A stretch of DNA of 63,946 nt, the filler included, from Perkinsus olseni (lineage: Eukaryota), in NCBI GenBank assembly GCA_013115125.1. It is 3 parts of 3 records of this genome, joined end to end, with 100 filler letters (N's around TTAATTAATTAA, not from the genome) between each part and the next. Parts side by side here need not be neighbours in the genome. Positions count along the whole stretch, not along the records: positions 42,765 to 63,946 come from JABANN010000558.1; 2 more parts are not named here. One strand, 5' to 3'. The number at the start of each line of letters is the position of its first letter. The stretch's first letter is position 1. The translations under genes and the position numbers were made by a program. The notes beneath the pieces were generated by a model that did not search any database, was not told the origin of the DNA, and worked only from the letters and a program-made list of their open reading frames with translations. Below, one piece after another: positions 52,024-63,946 of this stretch.

Positions 52024-53355
52024 CTAAAAAGTCTGTGGGCTTCCAATGATGTTCATGGCCAGAGCGTACAGTAGAGAGCGCGGATCCCACGGGTGTAGGT
52101 CTGCTCTCTCATTATCACTGGCTTGTAGGGCAATGCCGTGGAGTCCATGCTTTCTCGCCAATTCAATCTTGTCGATAGCACGAGTCTGGGAGAAGAAGTA
52201 GAGGGTTGTGCTAGGTGTGAGCATGAAAGAGCCCTCTCCTGTGGGGTCTCCCTTGAAGTCGAATATTGCTCGAGAGTACCCGATCTTCGTGTCAAGAGAG
52301 GAAATCGCGGCGGCGACAGGTATCTGGGGGGGAATCCACAGGCACGAAGCAGCACAAGAGCTCTGTGTTTGTGATGATATCCAGCATAATGGCGATACGC
52401 ATCGAAGCTTATTCAGGAGAGCTGTCAGCTTCAGCTTTGAGCTGAATTAGTACCGCGGAATGAAGAGATCCTGGCGTGGCTAGAAATGAATGGTCACCGA
52501 GTGTCACTCACAGTTAAGGCTAGCTGGTTGGGACGCACTCCCGCTAGGGTGATTTCCTTGATGGCCTCCTCGGCAAAATTATCTGTATTGAAGACTGGTT
52601 TGTCTTCGTCCTTTACCGGCAACAGCAGAAAGAAGTAAGTGTCCGCGATCGTTCCCAGTCTATGGTCTTTAACTATTTGCCAAGCTGTACCGGAGAACCT
52701 AAAGAAGCTCCGGTATCAGAGGAGTCTCATTCAGACCTGAGAGTTCCAGAGACTGTCGGAATTTGGCGAGGGAAATGGCCCTTGAAACTACAGCATGGAA
52801 CTCACGGTAAGTTACCTACCAGAGTGAGCAATGCAAGTTCTGCTCCTTGATCGCTTCTAAAACTTCTCTCAAAGATTGACCCCGATCGGAGTAGGCGGGA
52901 CTCAGACCCAACCGGAAGCCGTCGACAGGATAGTCCTTGATGAACTTAGTGACACTCTCGAGGAAGGCTCTCTTGTCGAAAGTTCGATCCTTATACATCC
53001 CCAAGTCGGCGAGTATTTTCCCGCCTTTGGCCTCAACTTGCTCCTTCAGAGCCTTGAGCCCAGCCTTGTCCCAGGGAGGGTAGTAGCGGGGTAGGATCAT
53101 ACTCTGCACCATAGCATACCCCCCAAGCAAGAAGCTTCTCACACCATTTTCAATGAGGTACTTGAAGTAAAAGTCCCAGGTATATTGAGTAACGGGGCAG
53201 GCTTCCCCACCTTTGATACTTCTAGGCCCTTCTAGGCGGTCCCACGGGTAATTTATCTCTTTGTAGAGCTCCAGGCCGTGACTGGCAGAGGAGGACGGTG
53301 GACCCTGAGAAATGACCAAGCCGAGGAGGCTCACAATGACGGAGGCGGTCAGCAT
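52024..53355 (-). CDS. secreted GH18 chitinase-like protein, probably non-catalytic (paralog B)
   Basis: Same exon layout and clear similarity to paralog A: FIKDYPVDGFRLGL, KIELARKHGLHGIAL, DLHPWDPRSLLYAL. Signal peptide MLTASVIVSLLGLVISQG. Confidence 0.65.
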
Positions 53356-55601
53356 GTGATACGGAGGGTAAAGTTCAACTGGTGACTGCGGGTCAGACCA
53401 CCATTCGCCCTCCCGTGGGGTCGGCCGGGCCCGGACGGATAATAATCTGGCTCAATTCAACTCAACCTGAGTCGCCGCGTGCGTAGAGCTTAACTAAATT
53501 TATTTCCAAGGAGCGTCTGTCGCTTGTCTACGCCATGTCTACGTATGCTCATTGTCATGCCGATACGCGGCTCGTGTCGTCGGCAACGACATACCTCAGT
53601 GGGGCGGCAGGGTGGGTCCAGATCATCTGGACCAGATGCTACATCAGTGATTAAGGACGTCCCGAGATGACCCCAGGTCCCTGTCACATCAGAAAGAACT
53701 TTTGACGCGTTGATTGAAATTGGTCGAATCCCATTGTCTGCTTCCGAAAAAAATCGTGGGAACTCAGGCTGTACGTGCGGCGGATTCTGCGGAGATGATT
53801 CTCAAGATGCTACCGAGAATCAGGAACCCGGGTACTCGATCACGGAATCCTCCCGGGGATGATAGGATAGACTCTGCACCCCTCAGAAGAAGGCGTTTTG
53901 TTGATCCTGGTAGTGCTATTAAGTCATCAGAACTGTCCGAGAACTCGGCAGCCAGTGCAGGACACCTTCGCTGCGACTTCTACCCAAGTCTGTCTCTTAA
54001 GAATCCCATGTGCGCCGCTGTCTACCAGGCCCGAGTCTCACAAGTCTCGATGACGCAGGAGATTCTCGGAGATTTCCTTCCTGAAAGGCTCCCAATATTC
54101 ACATAATTAATCCAATCTATATTTCCGTTACTATCTTGGTCGAGATGTTGGGCTTGTTTACTCCTGACCGTTCTCGTTGGCTCTCCTTTTCGGTCCAGTC
54201 GTATGTGACGTTTCCGGGACACGGTGTCCCATCATGAGAGACAAGCCGATGAAGAACGTTGTTTCAAAAAAAGCCTGTAAAACGCCCTGTGGAGTATGCA
54301 ATGCACCATGGGTGCAAAATAACTGTGTGAACTAGCCGTTGGCCTTTTCAGTGAGCAGGTTGTTACTTAAGCTACAGGTGCCGAAAGCCGATAAGCCCTC
54401 GCTCTTCATTAGTAGCTACGTGGACGACATATTGGTAGCATCTGGCAAGGACGCCATCGGCATAATCAACGATGATTGTTGAACAATCTGAAGGAGAATC
54501 TCCTACGGAGATAATTAACCTAATTAACCTATCTCTCTATTGTCCAGTAGTATCTTTTGCGTGCGTTACTCATATCATTCCATTGCATCACTCGCTCGTC
54601 ATATTAACCACCACACACATTCGGGTTCTGCCGCAGAACCCGGTTCACCGTGATTCATAGTTGGCCCTAGTCGGCCATTCAGTGGCGACTGGCGCGTGGA
54701 GTAGTTCTTGGCCTCAAGCGTGAAGGCGTTCAGTAAGATTCAGGAGAAGGGTTCACTCAGGATTCAGTAGTTCTAAGGATTCATCTAGTATTAGGATACT
54801 AGATCCTCGACGAATTAGTCAATATCTACTTGCATCACAGTTAATTCAGGGTTATCTTCAACTCTTTGTTCTTTTGCTTCCTTTGGTCGTCCGCTCCGTC
54901 TTATCTGATATGCTACCTGTACCTCTTCTATCACTGGGGCGTCGCGTTCAACATGGAGACAGTTTAACCATGCGGACGAACTAGCTCGTCACAACCGACC
55001 AGAGTCTCAAGATGGTCCCGCAGAGCGTCACTGAAGTGACTGGCTACTACGATCGTGTCAAAGAAATTGTCCAGAGAGCATTTGGAAGCATTATCTGCCT
55101 ATTAATGATGAGCCGATGGCATCACTATACTGCAGATATGTTGCTAATTCGAATGGTACGGCTCGTATCAAGGTCGTAATACGACCTCATGATACGGGTG
55201 GACTGGAAATACTCACCGAGGTTCGCAAAAAAATTCACGTTAGGAAGATTTTTCCCGTCAATTGTAGTTTTTCGCTTTTTCGCAGCTACAGCTGCGTATA
55301 AGGTTTCGCTGCATATAAATATTATCTTGCGAATGGGCAGTGGAGACAAATCACCAGAAGATCAGTCACAAGTGCGCCAAAAACAAGGGAGGGGGGCTCG
55401 TCGGACGTCCCATGAGTTATAGAAGCGCTCCCAGCGCATATTTTAGTGTTTCGGAACTCAGACCGATTTTTGGGCGAGCGAAAATATATCTTGCGCGACT
55501 ACTACTGCGCAAGATGCGATTCGAGAGCGCGCGCCTTTTTGCGAGCGGAGCGATGAAGTTAAGAGTCGAGCGACCATTACATTTGCTTTGGTTTGTTGAT
55601 A

Positions 55602-58520
55602 ATGATTTTTCCGCAATACAATGCGCTGTGGAAGGCCATCATTCAACCTTCGAGGGATACTTATGAAGATCATGAGTTGGGGCCTTCGAGGTTCAGGATA
55701 CGCGGTGTTCCGGTAAGTACTGGAGGAATCTTTTACACTCTGGTCCGATATAGGTCGACCTTGAGTATCGAAGACATGCATCAACTTAAGATATTTCTTC
55801 TTTTACTAAAGGTATATCGTGAAGACATCGAGTTGACAAACCCCAGAGGACAGCACCTAAAGTGCAGTTGGTTCCACCCGAACTGGAAGTTTGATAATAA
55901 CGATGACGATGATGATGACCAAGAAGTTTGCTGTCCCTGTGTTATATACTTGCATGGTAGTAGGTGGGCAAGAGAAGGTCCACTGTAGTCCCGTCTTTAT
56001 CAGTCAGCCAGGTTTCGTCCGAACGCCCTTAGCTCCCGTACTGTATACGCAAGTCGCCAAGAGGGACACCGTGTATATCGGCGATATACGGTCCCCACTC
56101 CAACCGTGTCGTCTGATTCAGCATCGCCGAAAATCTCTGCGCAACATCCTCGAATCTCCGATCGCAGTAACAGCAAATTCCGTCCTTAGTAGGGGGCATC
56201 TGTATTTCCGAGGCTCGGAATCCGAGTCTTCTCTTCACAAACCGCCCTCGGCCAGTTTTTGTTGCATTTGTGCGGTCGAGAGTCGGCTTGAGCCCGCATC
56301 GGGAAAAGTAGAAATCATCAGGAAAACGCTCTATTGCATAACACCAGTTACGTGGCCGTCTCGTGCAACATATTTTGATTTTTACCTCAGGCAACTGCAG
56401 TTCACGTTTGGAAGGACTCCAGGCTATACCAGTGCTCTTGCCTCTCGGTATCAGTTTATTTGTATTTGATTTTGCCGGCTGTGGAAAATCTGATGGAGAA
56501 TACGTCAGCTTAGGGTGAGAATCATTCCCTCCCGGTTCTTCCCTTGAATTCACCGAGTAAGGGTTAATTTGGTACGTGTTTGCTGTACCACTACAATAAG
56601 TACTAACAGAGCCATGAAACGTCTGGTCCATCCATACCTTCCCTCGGAAGAATGCTCAGAGTCGTTTTTTGTTACGTGTTGTCCCGCCCTTCTCCGAGAA
56701 TGGTGATCCTCGGATCAGGTACTACGAGAAGGACGATCTAGCTGCTGTTGTGGAGTATCTTAGGAGATCCAACCTCGTCAGTGAGTCTGGTCAAATTGGA
56801 CGCATCTTTTAGCCCGCGAGTTTGTTATCTGGGTGTTCAGTGAACCGAATCTGGAACTCAGAATCGATTCTGGAGCGGCGGAATTTACGCCCGATGTCTT
56901 GAGGTCAGGTACTATCGGCCTGTGGGGTCGGAGCATGGGCGCAGTTACTGCGCTGCTACACGGTGACAGGGACCCTAGTATAGCAGGGATGGTGGTAATA
57001 ACAATGACTCTACCGGGTTTACCAAATTTCCGCGAAATCACTACCTTGGTGCGGTGTGGTCGCACAGTCTCTCTTTTCGTGAAAATTACCCGGGTACGGT
57101 AGAGTTGAAGCGGAGGCGGAAATTAGTAAATTCCATGGGGAACAAGAAAATTAGTGGGAACAATATGTATTGCCTCCAATGATGTCTCCTGGCTCGAGGT
57201 CGATTCTTTCTTTCCAGTGGTAACGCGGCAAGGGTAACGTGGTCATTGACTACGTCGGAGTTAATAACCATTAGGAAATGAGAGTGATTGATTCCAACTA
57301 CGAATGGGATATCATCGAGAAAGTCATAGTTGGATTATTCGGGAGTAGCGCGCATATACATAGCCCAGTCCGCTATGTCCCTGCGTGCAGCGGTGCCGTC
57401 GTCAGCATACTCGTGAAAAGGTGGTTGGGCTTCAATAAGGAGCCCTTCCCAGAGAGGGCAGTTTCAATGGGTTCGCTCTCATTCTGACAGGCTTTTGATG
57501 ATTCATTTTAGATCGACTCGGCCTTCCAGGATATGCGGACGTTGGCCGCAGATTTGGCCCAACAGTTGGGTTTTCGGATACCGGGGCTTATGCTAAGTGC
57601 TGTGTTGGGCATGTTGAGGTTATCCGTCAAAAGCAGAGCACACTTTGATATATTCGATTTGGAACCTATTGCACATGTGAGTATCTTTAGGTTGACCACG
57701 AAAGATACGAATAAGGTCAAGTGGCAGGCCTTTTTTGTTCCAGGTCGATCAAACGTATATTCCGGCCCTGTTCACTGCGGCTAGAGGTGACACCTTCATA
57801 AACCCGCGCAACACTGATGCACTTTTCGAAAAATATGCGGGCGACAAAAATCTGGTAGTAATGAGCGAGTTTTGAATGCCGAATCGAAGCCAGCCTTTTT
57901 TGAAGGTGAAAGTGGACGGAAATCACAACACAACTCGGCCCAAGTTCTTGATGCACTCGATCGCGATATTTTTCGTTAATACGCTCGGATGCGAGACAAC
58001 AGTTGATGCGGTGCTCGGTGAGATACGTCGTGCACGGCGAAGATTTTCTGCGTATCTTGAGCTCGGTTGGGGTGGTGGTTTCAGATCTGAATGATCTATC
58101 TCCTCCTACTGAGCAGGAAGATGCCACGGAAGATCAGAATGACAGCAGGACTTCGACAGACCCAAGTGTACTCGTAGCGCTCGCCCGATTGATCGATTTC
58201 CGTTCAATTCTGATAGGATTCTGCCGAAGCGAATAACAGCCCTCCTCGAGCTGGGGATCTATCGAACGGTTTGTCGATGCCGTCGCCTCCACGCGAGCAC
58301 ATTCAATTCGACAGTGATAGGTTGATTGAAGCGGGTAGGGTACTCCGGGCTGGGTGAGAGGGCGTGGAGTGTCTTTTCAGCTGTGCCATTTTCGTGCTTC
58401 GAAGAGGACCGAATGGTCGAAGAAGCTCTCGAGCAGAGCATGAAGGAATCTTTGGTTGACGGCAAGGAGAGACGGAATGAAGATGTGCCGCCGATAAGGA
58501 AGGAAAAATCAGCCTTATAG
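55602..58520 (+). CDS. alpha/beta hydrolase family protein, multi-exon
   Basis: YNALWKAIIQPSR, CVIYLHG|NCSSRLE, FDFAGCGKSDGEYVSLG, nucleophile elbow WGRSMGA, acid ARGDTFI and His GNHN. UIM-like EEDRMVEEALEQSMKE near the C-terminus. Confidence 0.88.
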
Positions 58521-58906
58521 GTTTTTCGGTCGTGGTCCGTGTGATCGGGCTTGTGTGAACGACGGTTGATGCAGTTTTCGCTACGCCCAGCCGATCGATT
58601 TTCCTCTTGATGAAGGTCAGAGAACCTCCATCGCCTGGTTTTTCAGTGATCGCGACCCTTACTACTTTCTTCAGATCATCACTTCCGTGTGTACTCAATT
58701 TAATACGTTGAATATTTTTTCTTCTACCAATACACTCACCGGTTTAAAGTCTACTACTGCTTCCGAGGCCGATTTCGGTTCACAAACAATTTCGTGTTGG
58801 TTAAGGGTGGAGGGGGCTTTGGGCCGCATGGGCTTCTCACCGATATTGATTGTTATAGTGGGAGCACCGTCGAGCATATGCCGGTTTACTGAAAATATGA
58901 TGTAAT

Positions 58907-58988
58907 CGACAGCGGCAGGATTCGAACCTGCGCGGGCAGAGCCCAATGGATTTCTAGTCCACCTCCTTAACCACTCGGACACGCTGTC
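58907..58988 (-). tRNA. tRNA-Ser(AGA)
   Basis: 82-nt cloverleaf GACAGCG/CGCTGTC, anticodon arm GTGGA-CT-AGA-AA-TCCAT, long variable arm, GGTTCGAATCC. Confidence 0.96.
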
Positions 58989-59068
58989 GGATGAGTACTG
59001 AGTATGATTTCTATTGACATTTGCGAGACCAGTTACTACAATTTACCGTCCAAGGCATTCTGTTCCGA

Positions 59069-59695
59069 ATGACTGCTGCTGAATCGTCACAAGATTCCCA
59101 ACCCGACCCGCCCGCTCTCGAAAAGTTCGAAAATACCGACGAGGTTACTCAAGTATCGAAGCAGCAGTGATCATCATAACGACCCTTCATCTGCTTCTTG
59201 GCAGGTGAAGGAAAAGGCGACGAAGGCTACGGAGCTGCATAGGAAGGACAGCGGCTTGCCACCGATGGAGGTCGTTCGAGTACATGCTGTTATCATCCTA
59301 ATCGTTTTTCTTCAGATCAATGCTCCAATCGAAGGAGAGCTATATTGTAAAGTATTTTATCGGAGAACGAACCAGAGGTTGGTACGGGAATGTTCTGTAC
59401 ACACGGGTGGAATGGAGACGCATCTTAGGTTGACCCGGGGTGAATATGGAATATGGGTGTGATTGTCTCATCGTAGTAGTACTAGTTTAGTGTGTTGGCG
59501 TCGTATACTGAAGTTGCCTTTGCTGTTCTCTCTCTCATCGCGATTGTTGTTATTACATCACTGTGTTGTAGTTACGGTAGTAGACGGCCGCCTACCCACA
59601 CCCTCTACGGAGAGAAGCCACCGAACCCGTCGGCCAAGTACGGCCTTTCGAACAGATTTACAGACCATCTTGCAGCGGCGGAGATGTACAAGTAA
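59069..59695 (+). CDS. small hypothetical single-pass membrane protein, multi-exon
   Basis: Phase-compatible short GT-AG introns join MTAAESSQ...|VKEKATK...|INAPIEGELYC...|... to a hydrophobic segment VAFAVLSLIAIVVITSLCC. Confidence 0.5.
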
Positions 59696-60910
59696 GAACG
59701 ATGACCATGTGCTTGGTGAGCTGATGATGTCAGGAATAGGAGTTTAAATACGACAGTGGATCGTGGGAGGTTCATGGAGGGGACACGAGATTGGATGTTG
59801 AGGCTGTGAGCGACTGTCGTCGACTATTTATTGTGTTGTGTTTGTAAACAAAAGATAGTAGATTATCTAAGGGTGATCATTACGTCAGACGGTGCGAACG
59901 GAAGCCCGGATGGCGGCAAGACGCTGTCATACACTCCCTATGGTCGAATAACATGAAGGAGACCCTTCATCTTTCCGGGGCTACAAAATCGTAAAAACTC
60001 ACGAAGACGAGAAGCAGGCAACACCCTCACCTTGAATCAATCGCTTCTGAGATCTGCTCACTTCATAAATAAATACTGATACGCTTTTTTCGATAATTTT
60101 GCGACCCCTCTCGATCTTTCTCGTTGCCATCAAGATCAGGGAAATCAATCACGAGCTTGTCATACATACCAACCGTCTCCCCTAGTTTTCTCATGAAACG
60201 ATGTTGAACGCAGCAGTGCCGCTAGGTGCGTAGGAACCAACGGAAGTGGGGTGGAATGTCGCGTGTCAACGACAGTTATTCGCAACTACGTGGATGATGT
60301 CGAAAAGGTGAGAACTCGCATGAACCGCTCCAAGGGGAAAAGTAGTTCTTATGTATCGTGAACACAGACTCATTATCATCGTGAATCTATTTGCGTTCAT
60401 TCGTCTTCGTCAGTTTTACCATGTACAGCGAAAACCACGATCAAAGCAAACCAGTTTACACAACGGTAGTCGCCTCGTACATGTGTAGTTGAACCCCTCC
60501 TTACAGTGCATCGATATTCCTGTACGGCGTGGAGGCGTTAACGGCGTTTTCCCGTAGTAGAGTGGATCATAAAGAGCTTCTGGGTGGGATAGTGCACTGC
60601 TGAAGGCCCTCCGAGTGTCATCCTGGGATTTACGAATCGCAGTTTTTAATGTAGAGAGAAGGAGAGCTCTACTTGCGAGAGAAGGTCGGAGTTTGTTTCC
60701 AACCTTCCTGATATAATACTATAGAAAAAATCTTGATACGCTGAGAACGAATGATAATAGCGGCGTAGCATTAAACGCCGTCTCGACGGAGAGGGCTGCA
60801 AGACAAGAACGAATCAAGACAAACTCGGGAGTATCTTAACCCAAGAACGACTCAGACAACTCAACCTGTGAAGTACTAAAATGATGAAAAGATTCTTCAA
60901 ATGCTAATTG

Positions 60911-61324
60911 TTACATCTCCTGAGATTGCGTCATAGCCTTACTCTTGCTCTTCTTCGGCAACAGGGTCGTGTGAATGTTCGGCAACACACCGCCGCTGGC
61001 CAGAGTCACTCCCGCTAAGAACTTGTTCAACTCCTCGTCATTACGGACAGCCAACTGAATGTGCCTTGGGATGATTCTCGACTTCTTGTGATCGCGGGCG
61101 GCGTTACCGGCCAGCTCGAGGATCTCAGCAACCAAGTACTCGAGGACGGCGGCGAGGTAAACGGGGGCACCGGAACCGATGCGCTTGGCGTAGCGGCCCT
61201 TTTTGAGGTAGCGGGCGATTCTTCCAACGGGGAACTGCAGGCCGGCCTTGGCGGAGCGGGTCTTGGAACCGGAGGGCTTCTTGCCGGACTTGCCGCCACG
61301 ACCACCTTTACCCTTGCCGGACAT
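60911..61324 (-). CDS. H2AX: histone H2A, H2A.X type, intronless
   Basis: [19 protein letters not shown] and [11 protein letters not shown], with a C-terminal SQEM matching the SQ[E/D]-hydrophobic motif. Confidence 0.95.
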   Translation of the reverse strand: MSGKGKGGRGGKSGKKPSGSKTRSAKAGLQFPVGRIARYLKKGRYAKRIGSGAPVYLAAVLEYLVAEILELAGNAARDHKKSRIIPRHIQLAVRNDEELNKFLAGVTLASGGVLPNIHTTLLPKKSKSKAMTQSQEM

Positions 61325-61502
61325 GGTGTTGGGGTGGACTGCTTGTGGATGGAGTTTGGGGTATGCGTGCTTATTGAGCGTTGAGGTTTTGCAAGATTGC
61401 AAGACGGGGCAAGATGAAGTTGGGGCGGGAGGCTAGGGAGAAGCGACTTAATCTGTATCTTGCATGCGTAATCTGAAGATATTTAGGGTTGATTTGAGCG
61501 AC

Positions 61503-63876
61503 ATGTCCGGCGGCAAAGGAGACAGGCGGCAGTATAATGTCCTATTCGCCGAGGAGATCATTCTCGGCTTACTCAATAACTATGGATACACACTTGTCAT
61601 CGCTGGCGCACAGGTAGGGTATCTTGAGGTCAACCGTGCAAGATACAAAACAGGTCAAGTTGATGTGTATGCGTGCATTTCAGGATATAGCTCGTCTCTT
61701 CGACAAGACTAATCTGATGCCCCTTTTCACTACAGTCATGCTATTCGCTGCCTTCGCTACCGGTGCCGTCCACGCCCGAGTGGCAGCGCCCTTCTCCTAC
61801 CGTCAGCGTGTCGGCCTGGCCATGATCATCCAGTCCATCGGCTACCTTCTCTTCGGCACGGCATTCCTGTTGGTTGGAGTTCAGTCCGAGGTCGGCTTTT
61901 GGATGGCCCAGTTGGCGACCTTCCTAGTTGGAGCCTTTCAGACCATCGGCGAGGTAATAAATGTTTCAGTGAAGGGGCTGCCGAATTCATGGAGTAGTGC
62001 AGTAGCAGGAGCGGACTGTGAGTAGAGCTCTTCATCGAAGAATTGCGTAATGCAGTGACGGTTGATTCTTTCTTGCTTCGTTAGCGTAATATCGACGACA
62101 TGATTAGAATGCGAGAATGATGAATTCGTGTATGGCGAAGTCTAGGCCATCTCAGTAGTAATGGTAACTTCGTCACTGGGTGCCTCTTAACATGTGGCAG
62201 TGAATAAATTATTCATCCGAGAGTCAAGAATAATTCTCCCCATTAATGATGTCGCGCTCTGCACTCCCGTCTGTGGAGAAGGGCAAGTGTTTATCATCAT
62301 TATTGAATGCAATCGACGTAAGGCCTTCGCTTGTCTTTGGGTCAAGGAGAGAAGAAGGAAGGTGTCTCTTGCGAGTTGAATATTTTAAACGCTTTCATAC
62401 GTATATATACATCGTTTCGGTCGTAGTTTCTGGCATGTATTTCGGTTTTAGATTCACCACTTGGTGTTTCAACCTTCGCGTGCCAACCAAGATGACCATT
62501 ATTTTTCTCTTTAGATTAACAACCTTTCCATATTGAATTCCCTCCCCAACGGCCTAGTCGGTGCGTGGGGCTTCGGCACGGGAGTCTCCCAGTTCGTTGG
62601 AAGCATATCATACGTCATTGCTATCAACCTTGGTATATCATAGTAAGCTTGTTCGTCTTATCTTCTCTCTTAATCGTCGGCCTCTCCAGTTCGACCTTTT
62701 TCGTCGGTCTGATACCGGTCTATCTGGTCTATTGGGCCCTCTTTCTTCGTGTAGAGAAACTTGCTCGATTGAACGAGAAGGTAGTAGAACCCTGTGCTCT
62801 GTTTTTCATGATGATTCGCTTTAGGAGCATGCCGCTGCCGAAGATTCTCTTCTCACCGAAGAATCCCGAAAGAGTCTGAAACTGACTTCAAAAACTTTCC
62901 CTAGTAGTCCCCCTTCCTCACGCCCTTCCGGATCACCTCGCTCGCTTTTTCAGACGTTTTCAGAATGGGCGGGATTATTATACTTAACATGGCCGCTACC
63001 TATGCCTTCAATTATCTTATAGAATCTGGATTCGCGGACAGAGCAACATTACATCCGGAGCCGTTCACTGCAGCAGTTGCGGTGAACTCTTATGCTCTCG
63101 GAGTATCGGTGTACGGTATTGGTACTATGCTGGCTCGTCTCAGCGTCGCTTGGTTTCCTACTAGTCGCATCGGCCTTATCACCATCTTGCAGCTCATCAA
63201 CTCGGTAAGTTCGCATGAATTGTATCTGCTTGCATGCATTGGGAAATTCCAGGGGATGATGGGGTAGTGATGTTGATGATAATAGTGAGTATCGCAATAT
63301 CATGATAGTGGTTGTTTCGTTGGAACATCATCTGTGCACTCTCTGGATCGAGCTAAGATATTTCGTCAGAGGAGTGATTGAGTTCACTCTCAGGTCCTTT
63401 GGGGGTTTGAAGCCTACTATCATACCATACGATCGTTCGGTCTGCCCGGCTGGTGGTTTTATCAATTTTGGATGTTCTTTGTGGGATGGATCGCCGGGAT
63501 GAGCTACTCAAACTGTTTGAATGTTATTGGCTTGTCGACTAAGGTAAGTTCCCCGTCCTGTCAGTCGGAGGTTCTTCAAACAATCTTTCCCGAATTTTCG
63601 CCGCTTCTCGTGTGGTTGCATTGGACCGTCATTCGTCGCCTGAGTTCCTGCTAACCTCGACATGAGATCGGAAGGCGTCGTGAATAACAAAGCATCGTCG
63701 ACTTCGTTTTGGATGGTCGGACTGTGATGAGTACGATTCATCATCAAGAAAATAATCCAGTCAATTTCATTGTTCTCTTAGCCTTGTTAAAAGGTTAGAA
63801 GCAGGGTACTATTTGGACCTTGTTTCTTCCACGTCCTGAGACATCGAAGGACGTCGAAGAAGCTATGGGGTCCGGT
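61503..63876 (+). CDS. CLN3: CLN3/battenin family membrane protein, truncated at contig end
   Basis: ILGLLNNYGYTLVIAGAQ|DIA, FQTIGE, VGAWGFGTG, YLIESGFADR and VGWIAGMSYSN, with many transmembrane segments. Confidence 0.75.

Positions 63877-63946
<70 letters not shown>
63877..63946. repeat. poly-G run at contig end (true length unknown; possible artefact)
   Basis: 70 consecutive G. Confidence 0.85.

Noticed and set aside
56029..56631. 200-aa minus ORF (also 35148-35738 and 35992-36633)
   Set aside because: They overlap introns or exons of well-supported spliced genes and show no protein-like motifs.
63877..63946. Poly-G as a functional G-quadruplex or telomere
   Set aside because: It sits at a contig end with the same 70-nt length as the opening repeat, so an assembly or sequencing artefact is more likely.

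Overview
Eukaryotic, intron-rich protist DNA using the standard genetic code. Gene content and style point to an alveolate, most likely a Perkinsus-like perkinsid; this is inference, not a database match. The window is not one locus. It is three contigs of about 21.2-21.3 kb (1-21335, 21436-42664, 42765-63946) joined by artificial N44-TTAATTAATTAA-N44 spacers. Contig 1 holds a SAP-domain/HECT E3 ligase (3'-truncated), a CAP-Gly protein, an SCPx-type thiolase, an intact 851-bp non-autonomous hAT element with an 8-bp TSD, a bacterial-type acetolactate synthase and an intronless secreted copper LPMO. Contig 2 holds an intronless GAPDH, a tight + strand run (EF-hand protein, PPIL3, SNIP1-like FHA protein, CKS1), a tandem tRNA-Arg(UCG) array and a truncated SDR. 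Contig 3 holds a decayed PIF1/Helitron-like helicase flanked by perfect palindromes, two tandem non-catalytic GH18-like secreted proteins, an alpha/beta hydrolase, tRNA-Ser(AGA), H2A.X and a truncated CLN3/battenin. The most unusual signals are tRNA-like relics in spliceosomal introns (one 58-nt intron is almost entirely an antisense tRNA relic), the SAP-HECT architecture, the LPMO and the GH18-like pair. Multi-exon coordinates are outer bounds read by eye.
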